DNA from: an uncultured Rikenellaceae bacterium
GTDB lineage: Bacteria; Bacteroidota; Bacteroidia; Bacteroidales; Rikenellaceae
Direction: 5' to 3'
NCBI GenBank assembly: GCA_949287525.1
Contig: CASEGL010000006.1
Location: forward strand, 13,795 to 77,794
Length of the DNA: 64,000 nucleotides
Shown here: one piece after another, positions 28,976 through 37,687 of the stretch
Numbering within the stretch: position 1 is the stretch's first letter
Layout of the letters: each line of letters opens with the position of its first letter
The notes under the pieces: model-generated
The model's input: only the letters and a program-made list of their open reading frames with translations
Database searches by the model: none
Told to the model about the DNA's origin: nothing
Made by a program: the position numbers and the translations under genes

Positions 28976-29584
28976 TCAGAAGAGGGAGAGCTGGTCGTCC
29001 GCGACATGGAACGAGAGCCGATGCCAGGGAGAAAGGCCGCACTGCCGGATGGCCATCCGGTGCGCCTTGGTGGGATACCCCTTGTTGGCATTCCATCCGT
29101 ACTGGGGGAACTGTTCGTGCAGCTCGCGCATCCGGTCGTCACGGAATGTCTTGGCCAGCACGGAAGCCGCCGCAATCGGAGCATAGAGGCCGTCGCCGCC
29201 CACAATGCATTCGTAAGGGATGTCGAGCGAGGAGCGGAACCGGTTGCCGTCGATCAGCAGGCGTTCGGGGCGCACGGCGAGCTGTTCCACCGCCCGCGTC
29301 ATGCCGGCGAAGGAGGCATTCAGGATGTTGATCCGGTCGATCTCCTCCGGCGCCACTTCAGCCACAGCCCAGGCCACCGCCTCACGCACGATCACCTCGC
29401 GCAGCCGGTACCGGTTCCGTTCGGTCATCTGCTTGGAATCATTCAGCAGCGGATCGAAAAAGTCGGGCGGCAACACGACGGCGGCGGCAAACAGCGGGCC
29501 GGCCAGACACCCCCTGCCGGCCTCGTCGCAGCCGGCTTCGATCGCACCGGCGCGGAAAACGGTCTTCAACGCATGCTCCTTCAT
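28976..29584 (-). CDS. rnhB: ribonuclease HII
   Basis: [39 protein letters not shown]...ILNASFAGM...[10 protein letters not shown]... carries the characteristic GxDEAGRGxxxGP motif. Alternative upstream starts are ATG 29653 and GTG 29710. Confidence 0.85.
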   Translation of the reverse strand: MKEHALKTVFRAGAIEAGCDEAGRGCLAGPLFAAAVVLPPDFFDPLLNDSKQMTERNRYRLREVIVREAVAWAVAEVAPEEIDRINILNASFAGMTRAVEQLAVRPERLLIDGNRFRSSLDIPYECIVGGDGLYAPIAAASVLAKTFRDDRMRELHEQFPQYGWNANKGYPTKAHRMAIRQCGLSPWHRLSFHVADDQLSLF

Positions 29585-29736
29585 CAACTCGTTCAGGATA
29601 ATCCGAACCAAAGGTACCAATTTCTCCGCAGCCCCGCTGCGGTGCCTTGACATTTTCCCTCCCTTCGCATGCCGAGGCTTCCTGCGCGCACGGAATCCGA
29701 CCGGAATCACTACCTTTGTACGGAATAGCTACCCCC

Positions 29737-30723
29737 ATGAGCCGTACAGATGCCATCCGACAACCGCTGGGCATAGCCCTGCTGACCTTTGCGGTATTGA
29801 CGGTCTTGTCCCTGTCGGGCGCGCCGTCACCGGTCGCGCCGGCCGCCGACATGCCGCTGGGTGCCGCCATCGACCGGCTGTTCGCCGCTCCGGCTCTGCT
29901 GCTGGCGCTGCGCATCCCTGTGCTGTTCCTGAATGCCATCCTGCTGTCGGGTCTGATCGCCCGCTACGGTCTCTGCACGACCCGCACCTACCTGCCCATG
30001 CCGCTCTATGCCGCCCTCAGCGGCCTGTCCCTGTCTGCGGCTTCGGCCTCCACCCTGCTGGCCGTTCTGCTGGTCATGCTCCACGTAAACCGGATGACGG
30101 CCTGTTTCCGCCGTTCCTACCAGTTCGAGCATCTCTTCATTGCAGCCCTCTATTTAGGTCTGCTGCCCATGCTTTCCTCTTCCGCCACCGTGCTGTGGAT
30201 CTCGCTGCCCGTTGCCCTGTTCCTCTACCGGTGCACGGCTCGCGAAGCTTTGGTCGCCTTGGCCGGCATAGTACTGCCCCTGCTGTTCTGTTCCGCCATC
30301 TGGTGGGGCATGGGTTTCCCGTGGAACCATATCCTGCAACAATGGAGCGGCGGTCTCTTCTCCGTCCACGCCCCCGCCCTGCTGCCTGCCTGCACCTTGC
30401 CCGACACGGCCCTTCTCGCCCTGCTGGCACTTCACGGCACCCTGCTGCTGCTTTCCCTCCTCCGTCTGGGACGGACCCTGCCCTCCCTGCGACCGCGCTC
30501 CCGCAGCATCTATCTCCACATGGTATGGCTGCTGCTGTGCTGCAGTGCCACGCTTTTCTTCGGCACGGCCGACGCCAGATACGCCTACGCCCTGTCGGCA
30601 GTCCCTGCCACGGTGCTGATCTGCTCCTACTTTGCCTTTCACGGCCGCCGATACGCACTCACCGCCTATCTGCTGTTCCTGGGTGCTACGGCCTGCCTGC
30701 TGGCCTGGCCGCTCTTTCTGTAA
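29737..30723 (+). CDS. polytopic integral membrane protein, unknown function
   Basis: ATG 29737 gives MSRTDAIRQPLGIALLTFAVLTVLSL..., 328 aa with at least 8 hydrophobic segments. Divergent from rnhB. Confidence 0.6.
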   Translation: MSRTDAIRQPLGIALLTFAVLTVLSLSGAPSPVAPAADMPLGAAIDRLFAAPALLLALRIPVLFLNAILLSGLIARYGLCTTRTYLPMPLYAALSGLSLSAASASTLLAVLLVMLHVNRMTACFRRSYQFEHLFIAALYLGLLPMLSSSATVLWISLPVALFLYRCTAREALVALAGIVLPLLFCSAIWWGMGFPWNHILQQWSGGLFSVHAPALLPACTLPDTALLALLALHGTLLLLSLLRLGRTLPSLRPRSRSIYLHMVWLLLCCSATLFFGTADARYAYALSAVPATVLICSYFAFHGRRYALTAYLLFLGATACLLAWPLFL

Positions 30724-30891
30724 CCCCGCCCATAACTCGTTTCGGTGCCTCTTCCCGCCATTTCCCTTCTCCGGACAGGCACAAAACGTCTTTTATAGAC
30801 ACCGAAAAATCTTTTTGCATACCATAAACAGGCACCAATACACCCATGTGCTGCAATACGGTATACAACAAAACAGCACGTTTCCGCGCAT

Positions 30892-30928
30892 AAAATATCA
30901 TCTTGCATGGCATACAAGATGATATTTT
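30892..30928. repeat. perfect 14-bp inverted repeat with 9-nt spacer
   Basis: AAAATATCATCTTG (30892-30905), CATGGCATA, CAAGATGATATTTT (30915-30928). It lies in an AT-rich gap between the membrane-protein gene and the AraC gene. Confidence 0.7.
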
Positions 30929-31146
30929 GTTTATTGCCAACCATTTGCAACACATCAGCCATCCTGTCAATATCATTTTACAACCGGCATCTTCCCCGTC
31001 CCAACAGTAATCGGGAATAAGCTATATTTGGAATACATAAATATCAGATGCTCTTTTACTTGAAGCATCCAATCAGCTATTTTCACCACATCCGACCACC
31101 AGGCCGGCACATCCGACACCCATTCGGCTCTTGCGCCGAATCCGTC

Positions 31147-32079
31147 ATGCAGCCGCCGAACCGTACCATGAAAGCAAACGCAACCAGGCTCCAACAACCG
31201 GTCATCACCAGGATGCAGCAGCCCCAACGGGGCGGCATCCAGTCCTACACCATCACCCGTTACGCCATCGGCTACGTCCTGAGAGGCAGAAAATACATCT
31301 ATTACGGCGACAGACGCTACGAAGCGCATGCAGGCGACCTGTTCTATCTGGGCATCGGCACCCACTACATCGAGGACATTCCGGAGGACAACAAGCCCTA
31401 CGAACAGATTGTGTTTTTCTGCTCGCCCGACCTGCTTCGCGACATTTTGAGCGACCTGAGCCTGAACTACCGCATGGAGATCGACAACAAGCACAACTGC
31501 TACAACTGCAGCCACAACCTGCCCCACATCTTTTATCCGGCATGGTCTCCGGTCATTCCCTTTTTCGGCGCGATCAACGCCTACCTTCGCGAGGACCTGT
31601 TCGACGAGACGCCGCCCATGGAGCGCATCATGACGCTGGAACTGCTCTGCCTGCTGCTCTCCAACCCGGACTGCTGCGTCACAAGCCGCCTGCTGGACGA
31701 TCTCAACATGGCCACGGACGGTTTCGAGCAGATTGTCCGCCGCCACATTTTCGACAACATGACCATCGACGAACTGGCCGCGCAGTGCAACAAAAGCCTG
31801 ACGTCGTTCAAGAAAGAGTTCATCAAACGGTTCCACGAACCTCCCCACAAATGGTTTCTGCGACAGCGGCTCACCCACTCGCGCCTGCTGCTGGTTTCGA
31901 CCGAGAAGTCGATCGCCACGATCGCTTCCGAATGCCGGTTCACGAACCCGTCCCACTACATCAAACTGTTCAAACAGGCCTACGGACAAACCCCCGCCGC
32001 CTACCGCCACCTGACGCGGTGCGAGGCCGACCGCAAACGCGAGAAGGCTCCGGCCGAACCCCTGCAGCCCGTCCTCTGA
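31147..32079 (+). CDS. AraC family transcriptional regulator (cupin-like N-domain plus HTH)
   Basis: The C-terminal ...DELAAQCNKSLTSFKKEFIKRFHEPPHKWFLRQRLTHSRLLLVSTEKSIATIASECRFTNPSHYIKLFKQAYGQTPAAY is a canonical AraC double HTH. Start is uncertain (ATG at 31048, 31147 or 31168). Confidence 0.85.
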   Translation: MQPPNRTMKANATRLQQPVITRMQQPQRGGIQSYTITRYAIGYVLRGRKYIYYGDRRYEAHAGDLFYLGIGTHYIEDIPEDNKPYEQIVFFCSPDLLRDILSDLSLNYRMEIDNKHNCYNCSHNLPHIFYPAWSPVIPFFGAINAYLREDLFDETPPMERIMTLELLCLLLSNPDCCVTSRLLDDLNMATDGFEQIVRRHIFDNMTIDELAAQCNKSLTSFKKEFIKRFHEPPHKWFLRQRLTHSRLLLVSTEKSIATIASECRFTNPSHYIKLFKQAYGQTPAAYRHLTRCEADRKREKAPAEPLQPVL

Positions 32080-32357
32080 TCCGTTGCCGCCCCTCTGTCC
32101 CTTCCATCGTCCCTGCCAATGTGTACGGGGCGATGTTTTTTCTACGCCTCCGCCATCGTATTTCCTACCCTGTCGTCCTTATTTTCATTTTCCTGTGATT
32201 TTTTTTGTTTATTTGTTTTTTCCGTTTAATTTTGTTTTTCGCAAAAACGAAGCGCAAAAAACTTCATTAACCTATTATTCAACCTAACCTATGATTGTCT
32301 GGGGCGGACGTGAGTCTCCCCCTTTTCTTTTTTGGGCCTACCGCTTTGTTCCGCGCC

Positions 32358-33860
32358 CTACCGCACGAAACCGGTCGCCATGATCTTTTTCGACAGGCTG
32401 CCGGCCAGCTCCCTTTCCACCATTCCCGTCAGTACATCCGGCGCGTCGTGCCAACGGTTGGCCCGGAACAGCCGCCGGTAGGTCGTCAGGTGATGGGCAA
32501 AATCGGGCCACCGGATCCGCCAGTCGGCGGGCATGACGATATTGCGGCACACGGCCGACGCATTGGACAGGATGCGCGCCTCCTTGTTTTCATGCTGGCA
32601 GAACCAGCCTATGCGATGGTGCGGACACAGCCTTCCCACGGCCCTTGCAAACCCTCTGCCTCCGTTGTTGCTCTCCATCAGCACGTCGCAGGCCGGCTGC
32701 GCCGCAATCATGTCGGCCACCAGCATCTCAGTCACCTCCATCGGCTCCCGCGAATACACCACATCGGTCACATAGATCCGCCCCTCCCGATCGACCGCAT
32801 AACAGACCGAGCAGAGATAGTCGTCGCCCGTATCGGCCGTATCGGTGTAGTTTGCATAGCGCACGATACCGTCGGGCAACGTCTCATAAACCGAAAACCG
32901 GCCGTACAGCAGCCCCTGCGCAACTGAAGGACGCCCCTGATACATGCACTCGAAGCGGAGCGGATCGAGCTGCATCCGCTGCCGCAGCAGCGCCTCGTCG
33001 TGCCGTTCGGGCCACAACGGTTCGCCGATCTCCCGCGCATCGATTTCGGAGGGCGGCGCTGTCCGTATCGCCTCGAAGTTGAGATGCAGCCATCCGTCGC
33101 GATCCGCCTTCTCCAGCTGCGACCAGCTCTCCAGCGGCGTCACCCGTTCCTTGGCCGTCAGCAGTCCGATCAGATCCTCCTCGTGCCACCGCGTAAAGAC
33201 GATCAGTTCCCGCGAGGCGTTGTGCAGGCGCGTTCGGACTACGGAAGTGTACCACTCCCAACAATTTTCACGTATGACGGGCGAATTGGCCTCCATGGCA
33301 TCCTTGTAGAGGTCGTCGAGGATAAATACATCCACCCGATTACCTGTCAGCGAGCCTTCACGACCGACGGACATCAGTTCCCCCTGCCGCCCCACGATCT
33401 CCGCACAGTCGGCCGTGCGGACATACTCCGACCGCGCCCCGGCCCGTTTGATCGTTGTCTCTGGAAAGCAGGCGGCATAGGCGGCCGAATCGATCAACCG
33501 CTGCACCCGTCGGTTGAACCGGTTGGCCAGCGAGGCGCTGTACGATGCGATGGCTATCTTCAGATCGGGATCCAATCCCAACAGATAGGCCGGCAGCAGG
33601 GCTGTCGCCCCCAGCGACTTGCCGTGCTGCGGCGGGATCGCCACGATCAGCCGGCTCACCCGCCCGCGGGCAAACGCCTCCAGCACCCGATAGTAGGCGG
33701 CATGGAATCCGCCCGTCTCCAGATAGGGCAACATGCCGCGTGCAAACTCCGCAAACCGAAGCGGCTCCCGCACCTGCTCCGTAACAGCGCAATCGTTTTC
33801 CATACATCTCATCTCTTTTTCACGTCTCTGAACGAAAACAGCGGCTCCCGCATCGTCCAT
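32358..33860 (-). CDS. phage terminase large subunit
   Basis: Walker A-like IPPQHGKSLGA and Walker B-like VDVFILDDLYKD. The C-terminal nuclease-like region has ...YANYTDTADTGDDYLCSVCYAVD...MESNNGGRGFA. First ATG is 33860 (GTG 33893 is also possible). Confidence 0.8.
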   Translation of the reverse strand: MDDAGAAVFVQRREKEMRCMENDCAVTEQVREPLRFAEFARGMLPYLETGGFHAAYYRVLEAFARGRVSRLIVAIPPQHGKSLGATALLPAYLLGLDPDLKIAIASYSASLANRFNRRVQRLIDSAAYAACFPETTIKRAGARSEYVRTADCAEIVGRQGELMSVGREGSLTGNRVDVFILDDLYKDAMEANSPVIRENCWEWYTSVVRTRLHNASRELIVFTRWHEEDLIGLLTAKERVTPLESWSQLEKADRDGWLHLNFEAIRTAPPSEIDAREIGEPLWPERHDEALLRQRMQLDPLRFECMYQGRPSVAQGLLYGRFSVYETLPDGIVRYANYTDTADTGDDYLCSVCYAVDREGRIYVTDVVYSREPMEVTEMLVADMIAAQPACDVLMESNNGGRGFARAVGRLCPHHRIGWFCQHENKEARILSNASAVCRNIVMPADWRIRWPDFAHHLTTYRRLFRANRWHDAPDVLTGMVERELAGSLSKKIMATGFVR

Positions 33861-33918
33861 CGATACGGGAGCCGAACTGCCATTCTTCTCCACTCTTCTC
33901 CAACCTCGCCCCTCCGGC

Positions 33919-34290
33919 TCACTGCAACTCCAGCAGCGCCTTCTTCAAGGGCAGGAACGCAAAATCATTCAACACTTCGTCGCCGTCCGGCAGTACCGTC
34001 GCGAACTCCCACCATACCGGCACCACGTCGTAGATCGGCGCCACGGCCTCATCTTCCGCCCGTTCCCGTTCACGATAGACGATCAGCGTAGCCGTCAGGG
34101 TGCCGCAGAACGCCGTCTCCTCCACCGTAACGGTTCCGTTGTAATAGCACGCCTCGCCAATGGCATCGAGCAGAGCCTGCGCCGTCCGACAATACGTTTG
34201 TTCATCCACTTCGATCATTCCGGCTGCATCCGTCGCAAAAGTAACCTCTCCTGCATCGGAAACGGTTTCCACAAAATTCGATTCTTTCAT
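33919..34290 (-). CDS. hypothetical protein upstream of terminase (123 aa)
   Basis: ATG 34290 gives MKESNFVETVSDAGEVTFATDAAGMIEVDEQTYCRTAQALLDAIGE... It ends 25-58 nt before the terminase start and is divergent from the repressor gene. Confidence 0.45.
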   Translation of the reverse strand: MKESNFVETVSDAGEVTFATDAAGMIEVDEQTYCRTAQALLDAIGEACYYNGTVTVEETAFCGTLTATLIVYRERERAEDEAVAPIYDVVPVWWEFATVLPDGDEVLNDFAFLPLKKALLELQ

Positions 34291-34384
34291 ATAGCTTGCC
34301 TTTTTCGACTGCCGTCTTTTCGTCCCGATCAGACATCGGCTCGCCCGCGCCAATTTCCCGCACCGCACAAAAAGCACAGCATCA

Positions 34385-34415
34385 TTTGTTTATAAAAATA
34401 AACTTCTTAACTTTG
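34385..34415 (+). promoter_or_regulatory. Bacteroidota sigma-A type promoter TTTG-N19-TAACTTTG for the repressor gene
   Basis: TTTG at 34385-34388, a 19-nt spacer, then TAACTTTG at 34408-34415. AT-rich context, 63 nt upstream of ATG 34478. Confidence 0.45.
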
Positions 34416-34477
34416 CAGTACAAATATATATATTAAATATTTGAACTTGTCAAGAGTTCTCCGCAAATTATTCCGCC

Positions 34478-35167
34478 ATGAGGAACGAACAGATAGGCCT
34501 GCGGCTGAAGGCCATGCGTAAAGAACTGGGAATGAACCAGGAATCCATAGCCAAAATTTTGGGCATCGGCAAAAGCGCCCTCTCCATGATCGAGACGGGA
34601 CGCGCCTCCCTCTCGGAACGCAACAAGAACATTCTTATACAAGAATTGAACGTAAATCCCGAATGGCTCGAAACGGGCGACGGTGAAATGTTTAACTGCC
34701 CGCCCGATCAGTTCGTTCCGTTCACGCACCGCACCGACCGGACAATCCCCATGCAGAGTGTACCGCTCTACAACATCGAGGGTACGGCGGGGCTGGTACC
34801 GCTGTTCACGGGACAGACGCACGTCCAGCCGGTCAACTACATCCACATACCCAACCTGCCCAAATGCGACGGTGCGATCTACATTGTGGGCGACAGCATG
34901 TACCCGCTGCTCAAGAGCGGCGACATCGTGCTGTACAAGCAGATGAACAGCATCGAGGACATCTTCTGGGGCGACATGTACCTGCTTTCGATCGACATCG
35001 ACGGCGAAGAATACATCACGGTCAAATACATCCAGAAGTCCGACAAGGAAGGTTATGTCAAGCTGGTGAGCCAGAACCCCCACCATGCCGACAAGGACAT
35101 CCCCGTGGACCGCATCAAGGCGCTTGCCTTCATCAAGGCCAGCATCCGCATGAACTCAATCAAATAA
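34478..35167 (+). CDS. CI/LexA-like repressor (XRE HTH plus S24 peptidase domain)
   Basis: The N-terminal IGLRLKAMRKELGMNQESIAKILGIGKSALSMIETGRASLS is an XRE-type HTH. The C-terminal IYIVGDSMYPLLKSGDIVLYKQ...KYIQKSD carries S24 Ser (GDSM) and Lys contexts. Confidence 0.8.
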   Translation: MRNEQIGLRLKAMRKELGMNQESIAKILGIGKSALSMIETGRASLSERNKNILIQELNVNPEWLETGDGEMFNCPPDQFVPFTHRTDRTIPMQSVPLYNIEGTAGLVPLFTGQTHVQPVNYIHIPNLPKCDGAIYIVGDSMYPLLKSGDIVLYKQMNSIEDIFWGDMYLLSIDIDGEEYITVKYIQKSDKEGYVKLVSQNPHHADKDIPVDRIKALAFIKASIRMNSIK

Positions 35168-35241
35168 CGCTCCGTCTGCAGATCCGGAGCGGGTCGTGAG
35201 GGAGGAGCCACCGGATCCGCAGCACGACCGTATCCAATGAC

Positions 35242-35270
35242 GCGGGGTGCCGAAGTTTTCGGCACCCCGC
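35242..35270. terminator. strong hairpin between convergent genes (13-bp perfect stem)
   Basis: GCGGGGTGCCGAA (35242-35254), GTT, TTCGGCACCCCGC (35258-35270). Weak T tail (ATTCCTTTTC). It may terminate the repressor transcript. Confidence 0.5.
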
Positions 35271-35466
35271 ATTCCTTTTCGCGGCTCCGGCTCTCCCCTT
35301 CCGGCATCCATTCCGCACACCCGCCAGGGAAACCCCGCCGCCATCCGCCCGTCCGCCAGCCCGCCCGACAGCTCGACAGCCTTTCCCGTACTGCCCCCCG
35401 CAGCTCCGCACCCCGCACGCCATCCGGTTTCCACAACCTCCGGCAACCCTCAGACTCCGAAACGAA

Positions 35467-35498
35467 AAAAGGGGTTTCGTTTGTCCGAAACCCCTTTT
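35467..35498 (-). terminator. rho-independent terminator of the YidE/YbjL-like gene (bidirectional shape)
   Basis: AAAAGGGGTTTCG (35467-35479), TTTGTC, CGAAACCCCTTTT (35486-35498). On the minus strand the stem is followed by TTTTTT. It lies 18 nt after stop codon 35516-35518. Confidence 0.8.
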
Positions 35499-35515
35499 AT
35501 TCTTTTCCGCTGCAG

Positions 35516-37186
35516 CTATGCCACCAGCAGGATCAACAACTGCGCCGTCAGCACCCTGAGGAACATGGTCAGCGGGTAAACGGTCGTATAACCTACTGCG
35601 GGCAGATCGTTGGGCGACGTGTGCGAAGCGAACGACAGCGCGGGCGGGTCGGTCGTACCGCCGGCAATCATACCCATCAGGGTAAAGTAATCGACCTTAC
35701 ACCATTTCAGTCCGATGATGCCGACAATCAGCAGCGGCAACACGGTAATGATTACGCCGTATCCGATCCATTTCCATCCTCCGCCGTCAACGATTGTCTC
35801 GACGAATCCCTGACCGGCACTGAGGCCGACGCCTGCAAAGAAGAGGGCGAGACCGATTTCACGCAGCATCAGGTTGGCGCTGACGGTCGTATAGGTAATC
35901 AGGTGGCACTGCGGGCCGAAGCGACCGAGCAGGATGGCTACGACCAGCGTACCGCCGGCCAGACCGAGTTTCACCGGCTGGGGAATGCTGCCGAAATAGA
36001 AGGGGATGCTGCCCACCAGCACGCCCAGCAGAATGCCGATGAAGATCGGGATGATGTTCGGTTCGCGCAGACGTTTCATCGTATTACCGAGCAGATTCGA
36101 CACGTCCTGCAGCGCCGACTCGTCGCCGACTACGGTCAGACGGTCGCCCAGCTGCAGACGCAGCGTAGCGCTGGGAGCGAGATCGACACCGGCGCGGTTT
36201 ACGCGGATCACATTGACGGCAAAGTTGTTGCGCAGTTTCAGATCGCTGAGGTAGCGGCCGTTGAACTGCGATTTGGTAATGACGATGCGGCGCGACACGT
36301 ATTTCTGGTTTTCGCCGTGCCACTGTTCGTCGACCACCTCGACCTTTGCGCCGAGCAGGGCGACGATTGCCTGTTAGTCCTGAGCTGAGGCCACGATCAG
36401 CAGTGTATCGCCTGCAGCTATCAGCGTATCGCCCGAAGCCATCGACAACGTACCGTTCTGACGCATGATACGCGATACGAGGAAGCCGCATTTGAGCAGC
36501 GAGCGCATATCGACGATCCGTTTGCCGATCACCGACGGGTTGAGTACCTTGACGGCGAGTACCATGGTAGCGGCGGGGTCGTTTTCACGCGCTTTTTCCA
36601 ACCGCTGGTTCTCCTTGTTGAGATCGATGCGGAAAATCCAGCGCAGCACCAGCAGCGAGAAGATGATACCGAGTACACCGAGCGGATAGGCCACGGCATA
36701 TCCCATCGAGATGGTCGGGTCGGAAATGCCCGTTGCATCGTGATAGGCTTCCTGAGCCGCACCCAGACCGGGGGTGTTGGTTACGGCGCCGCAAAGGATG
36801 CCGACCATCGTCGTCAGGCTCACGCCGGTTACTTTCCACAGCACGACGGTTGTAGCGACGCTCAGCAGCACACCGAGTGTTGCCAGGCCGTTCAGCTTCA
36901 GACCGCCTTTCTTGAAAGAAGAGAAGAACGTCGGGCCGACCTGCAGACCGACGGCGAAGATGAACAAGATCAGACCGAAATCACGGACGAAGCCGAGGAT
37001 CGACGGATCGAGCAAGAGACCGAAATGGCTCATGATGATACCGACGAACAGAATCCAGGTAAGACCCAGAGAGATTCCGGCGATCTTTACTTTTGCCAGC
37101 GCCGCACCCACCGCGATGACTACGGCCAGCAATAATACAGAATGGGCGATCCCCGTTCCGAAGATCAACTCCTTGATCCACTCCAT
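35516..37186 (-). pseudogene. YidE/YbjL (AAE family) putative transporter interrupted by a single in-frame TAA
   Basis: The N-half 36374-37186 (MEWIKELIFGTGIAHSVLLLAV...GLQVGPTFFSSFKKGG..., then an RCK_C-like segment) and the C-half 35516-36337 (RCK_C-like ...[15 protein letters not shown]..., then a second membrane domain) are in the same frame. They are separated by TAA (36374-36376) and 12 sense codons ([17 protein letters not shown]...). Confidence 0.7.
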
Positions 37187-37264
37187 AAAAGTAATAGATG
37201 AAAGTTAGTTTGCGCGTTATGCGCGGTTACGTCTATTTAATCGGCTTTTTATGGAAAAGCGATG

Positions 37265-37272
37265 CAAAGATA
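37265..37272 (-). promoter_or_regulatory. -7 box (TATCTTTG) upstream of the YidE/YbjL-like gene
   Basis: The minus strand reads AAAGGTATCTTTGCATCG, 79 nt upstream of ATG 37186, in an AT-rich context. Confidence 0.3.
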
Positions 37273-37569
37273 CCTTTAATATTTTGTAAAAAGAAATAAA
37301 GCCTCAGCTTTATTCACCGTTCCGGCACAATCAAATGCTTTTACCTTACGAATTTAGCTCTGCTGCCGCCGCCAGCCGTACCGCCCCGTTTTCCGCAGCG
37401 GCGGCCGGCCCCTCATGCCCGTTTCGACCGCCAGGCATCGGCCTGCCGCCTGTTCCTATTTCACTTTTTATCCCGACTTGTTCCGGCACCGGAACGGTCT
37501 GTCCGCCCTTGTCTCCCCTCGCGCGACACCGGCTGTTTCAGGATTCCGCAGCCGAACTCTCCCCTCCTC

Positions 37570-37635
37570 CTGCCCCCCAACTCCGCGCAAAACTGCCCCG
37601 CTCTGCACAAAAACTGCTTCCCGCTCCGCGCAAAA
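37570..37635. repeat. three tandem imperfect 21-23-nt direct repeats
   Basis: CTGCCCCCCAACTCCGCGCAAAA, CTGCCCCGCTCTGCACAAAAA and CTGCTTCCCGCTCCGCGCAAAA are contiguous. They sit in a roughly 370-nt non-coding GC-rich stretch just downstream of folD. Confidence 0.6.
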
Positions 37636-37687
37636 GAAAAAGGGAAAGCCCTTTGACTTCCCCTTTCTTTGCTGTCAGGCAGCACCG

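Larger units (their letters stand above)
19863..35167. mobile_element. cryptic/defective prophage-like region in two blocks (19863-28631 structural; 32358-35167 terminase plus repressor) separated by cellular-looking genes
   Basis: Contains portal, capsid, ClpP-like protease, large terminase and an S24-type repressor. Several genes are disrupted. No integrase, tail tube/tape-measure or lysis genes recognised. Confidence 0.6.

Noticed and set aside
32301-32333. Hairpin GGGGCGGAC-GTGA-GTCTCCCCC followed by TTTTCTTTTTT as an araC terminator
   Set aside because: The stem has two internal mismatches and sits 220 nt downstream of araC, right after the convergent terminase stop. It is plausible but too weak to call.
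20858-32360. Wholesale TAG-to-Gln recoding of the phage block
   Set aside because: There are only two in-frame TAGs. TAG also ends the capsid (immediately followed by TGA), the terminase and another phage ORF, and it is a common host stop here. No tRNA-CUA was seen. It is retained only as a low-probability alternative in the findings.
34433-35086. 217-aa minus-strand ORF in the repressor region
   Set aside because: It is antisense to the XRE/S24 repressor, whose HTH and GDSM/K motifs are clear.
37570-37635. Three tandem ~22-nt repeats considered as a mini-CRISPR array
   Set aside because: The units are contiguous with no spacers, imperfect and only three in number. There are no cas genes.
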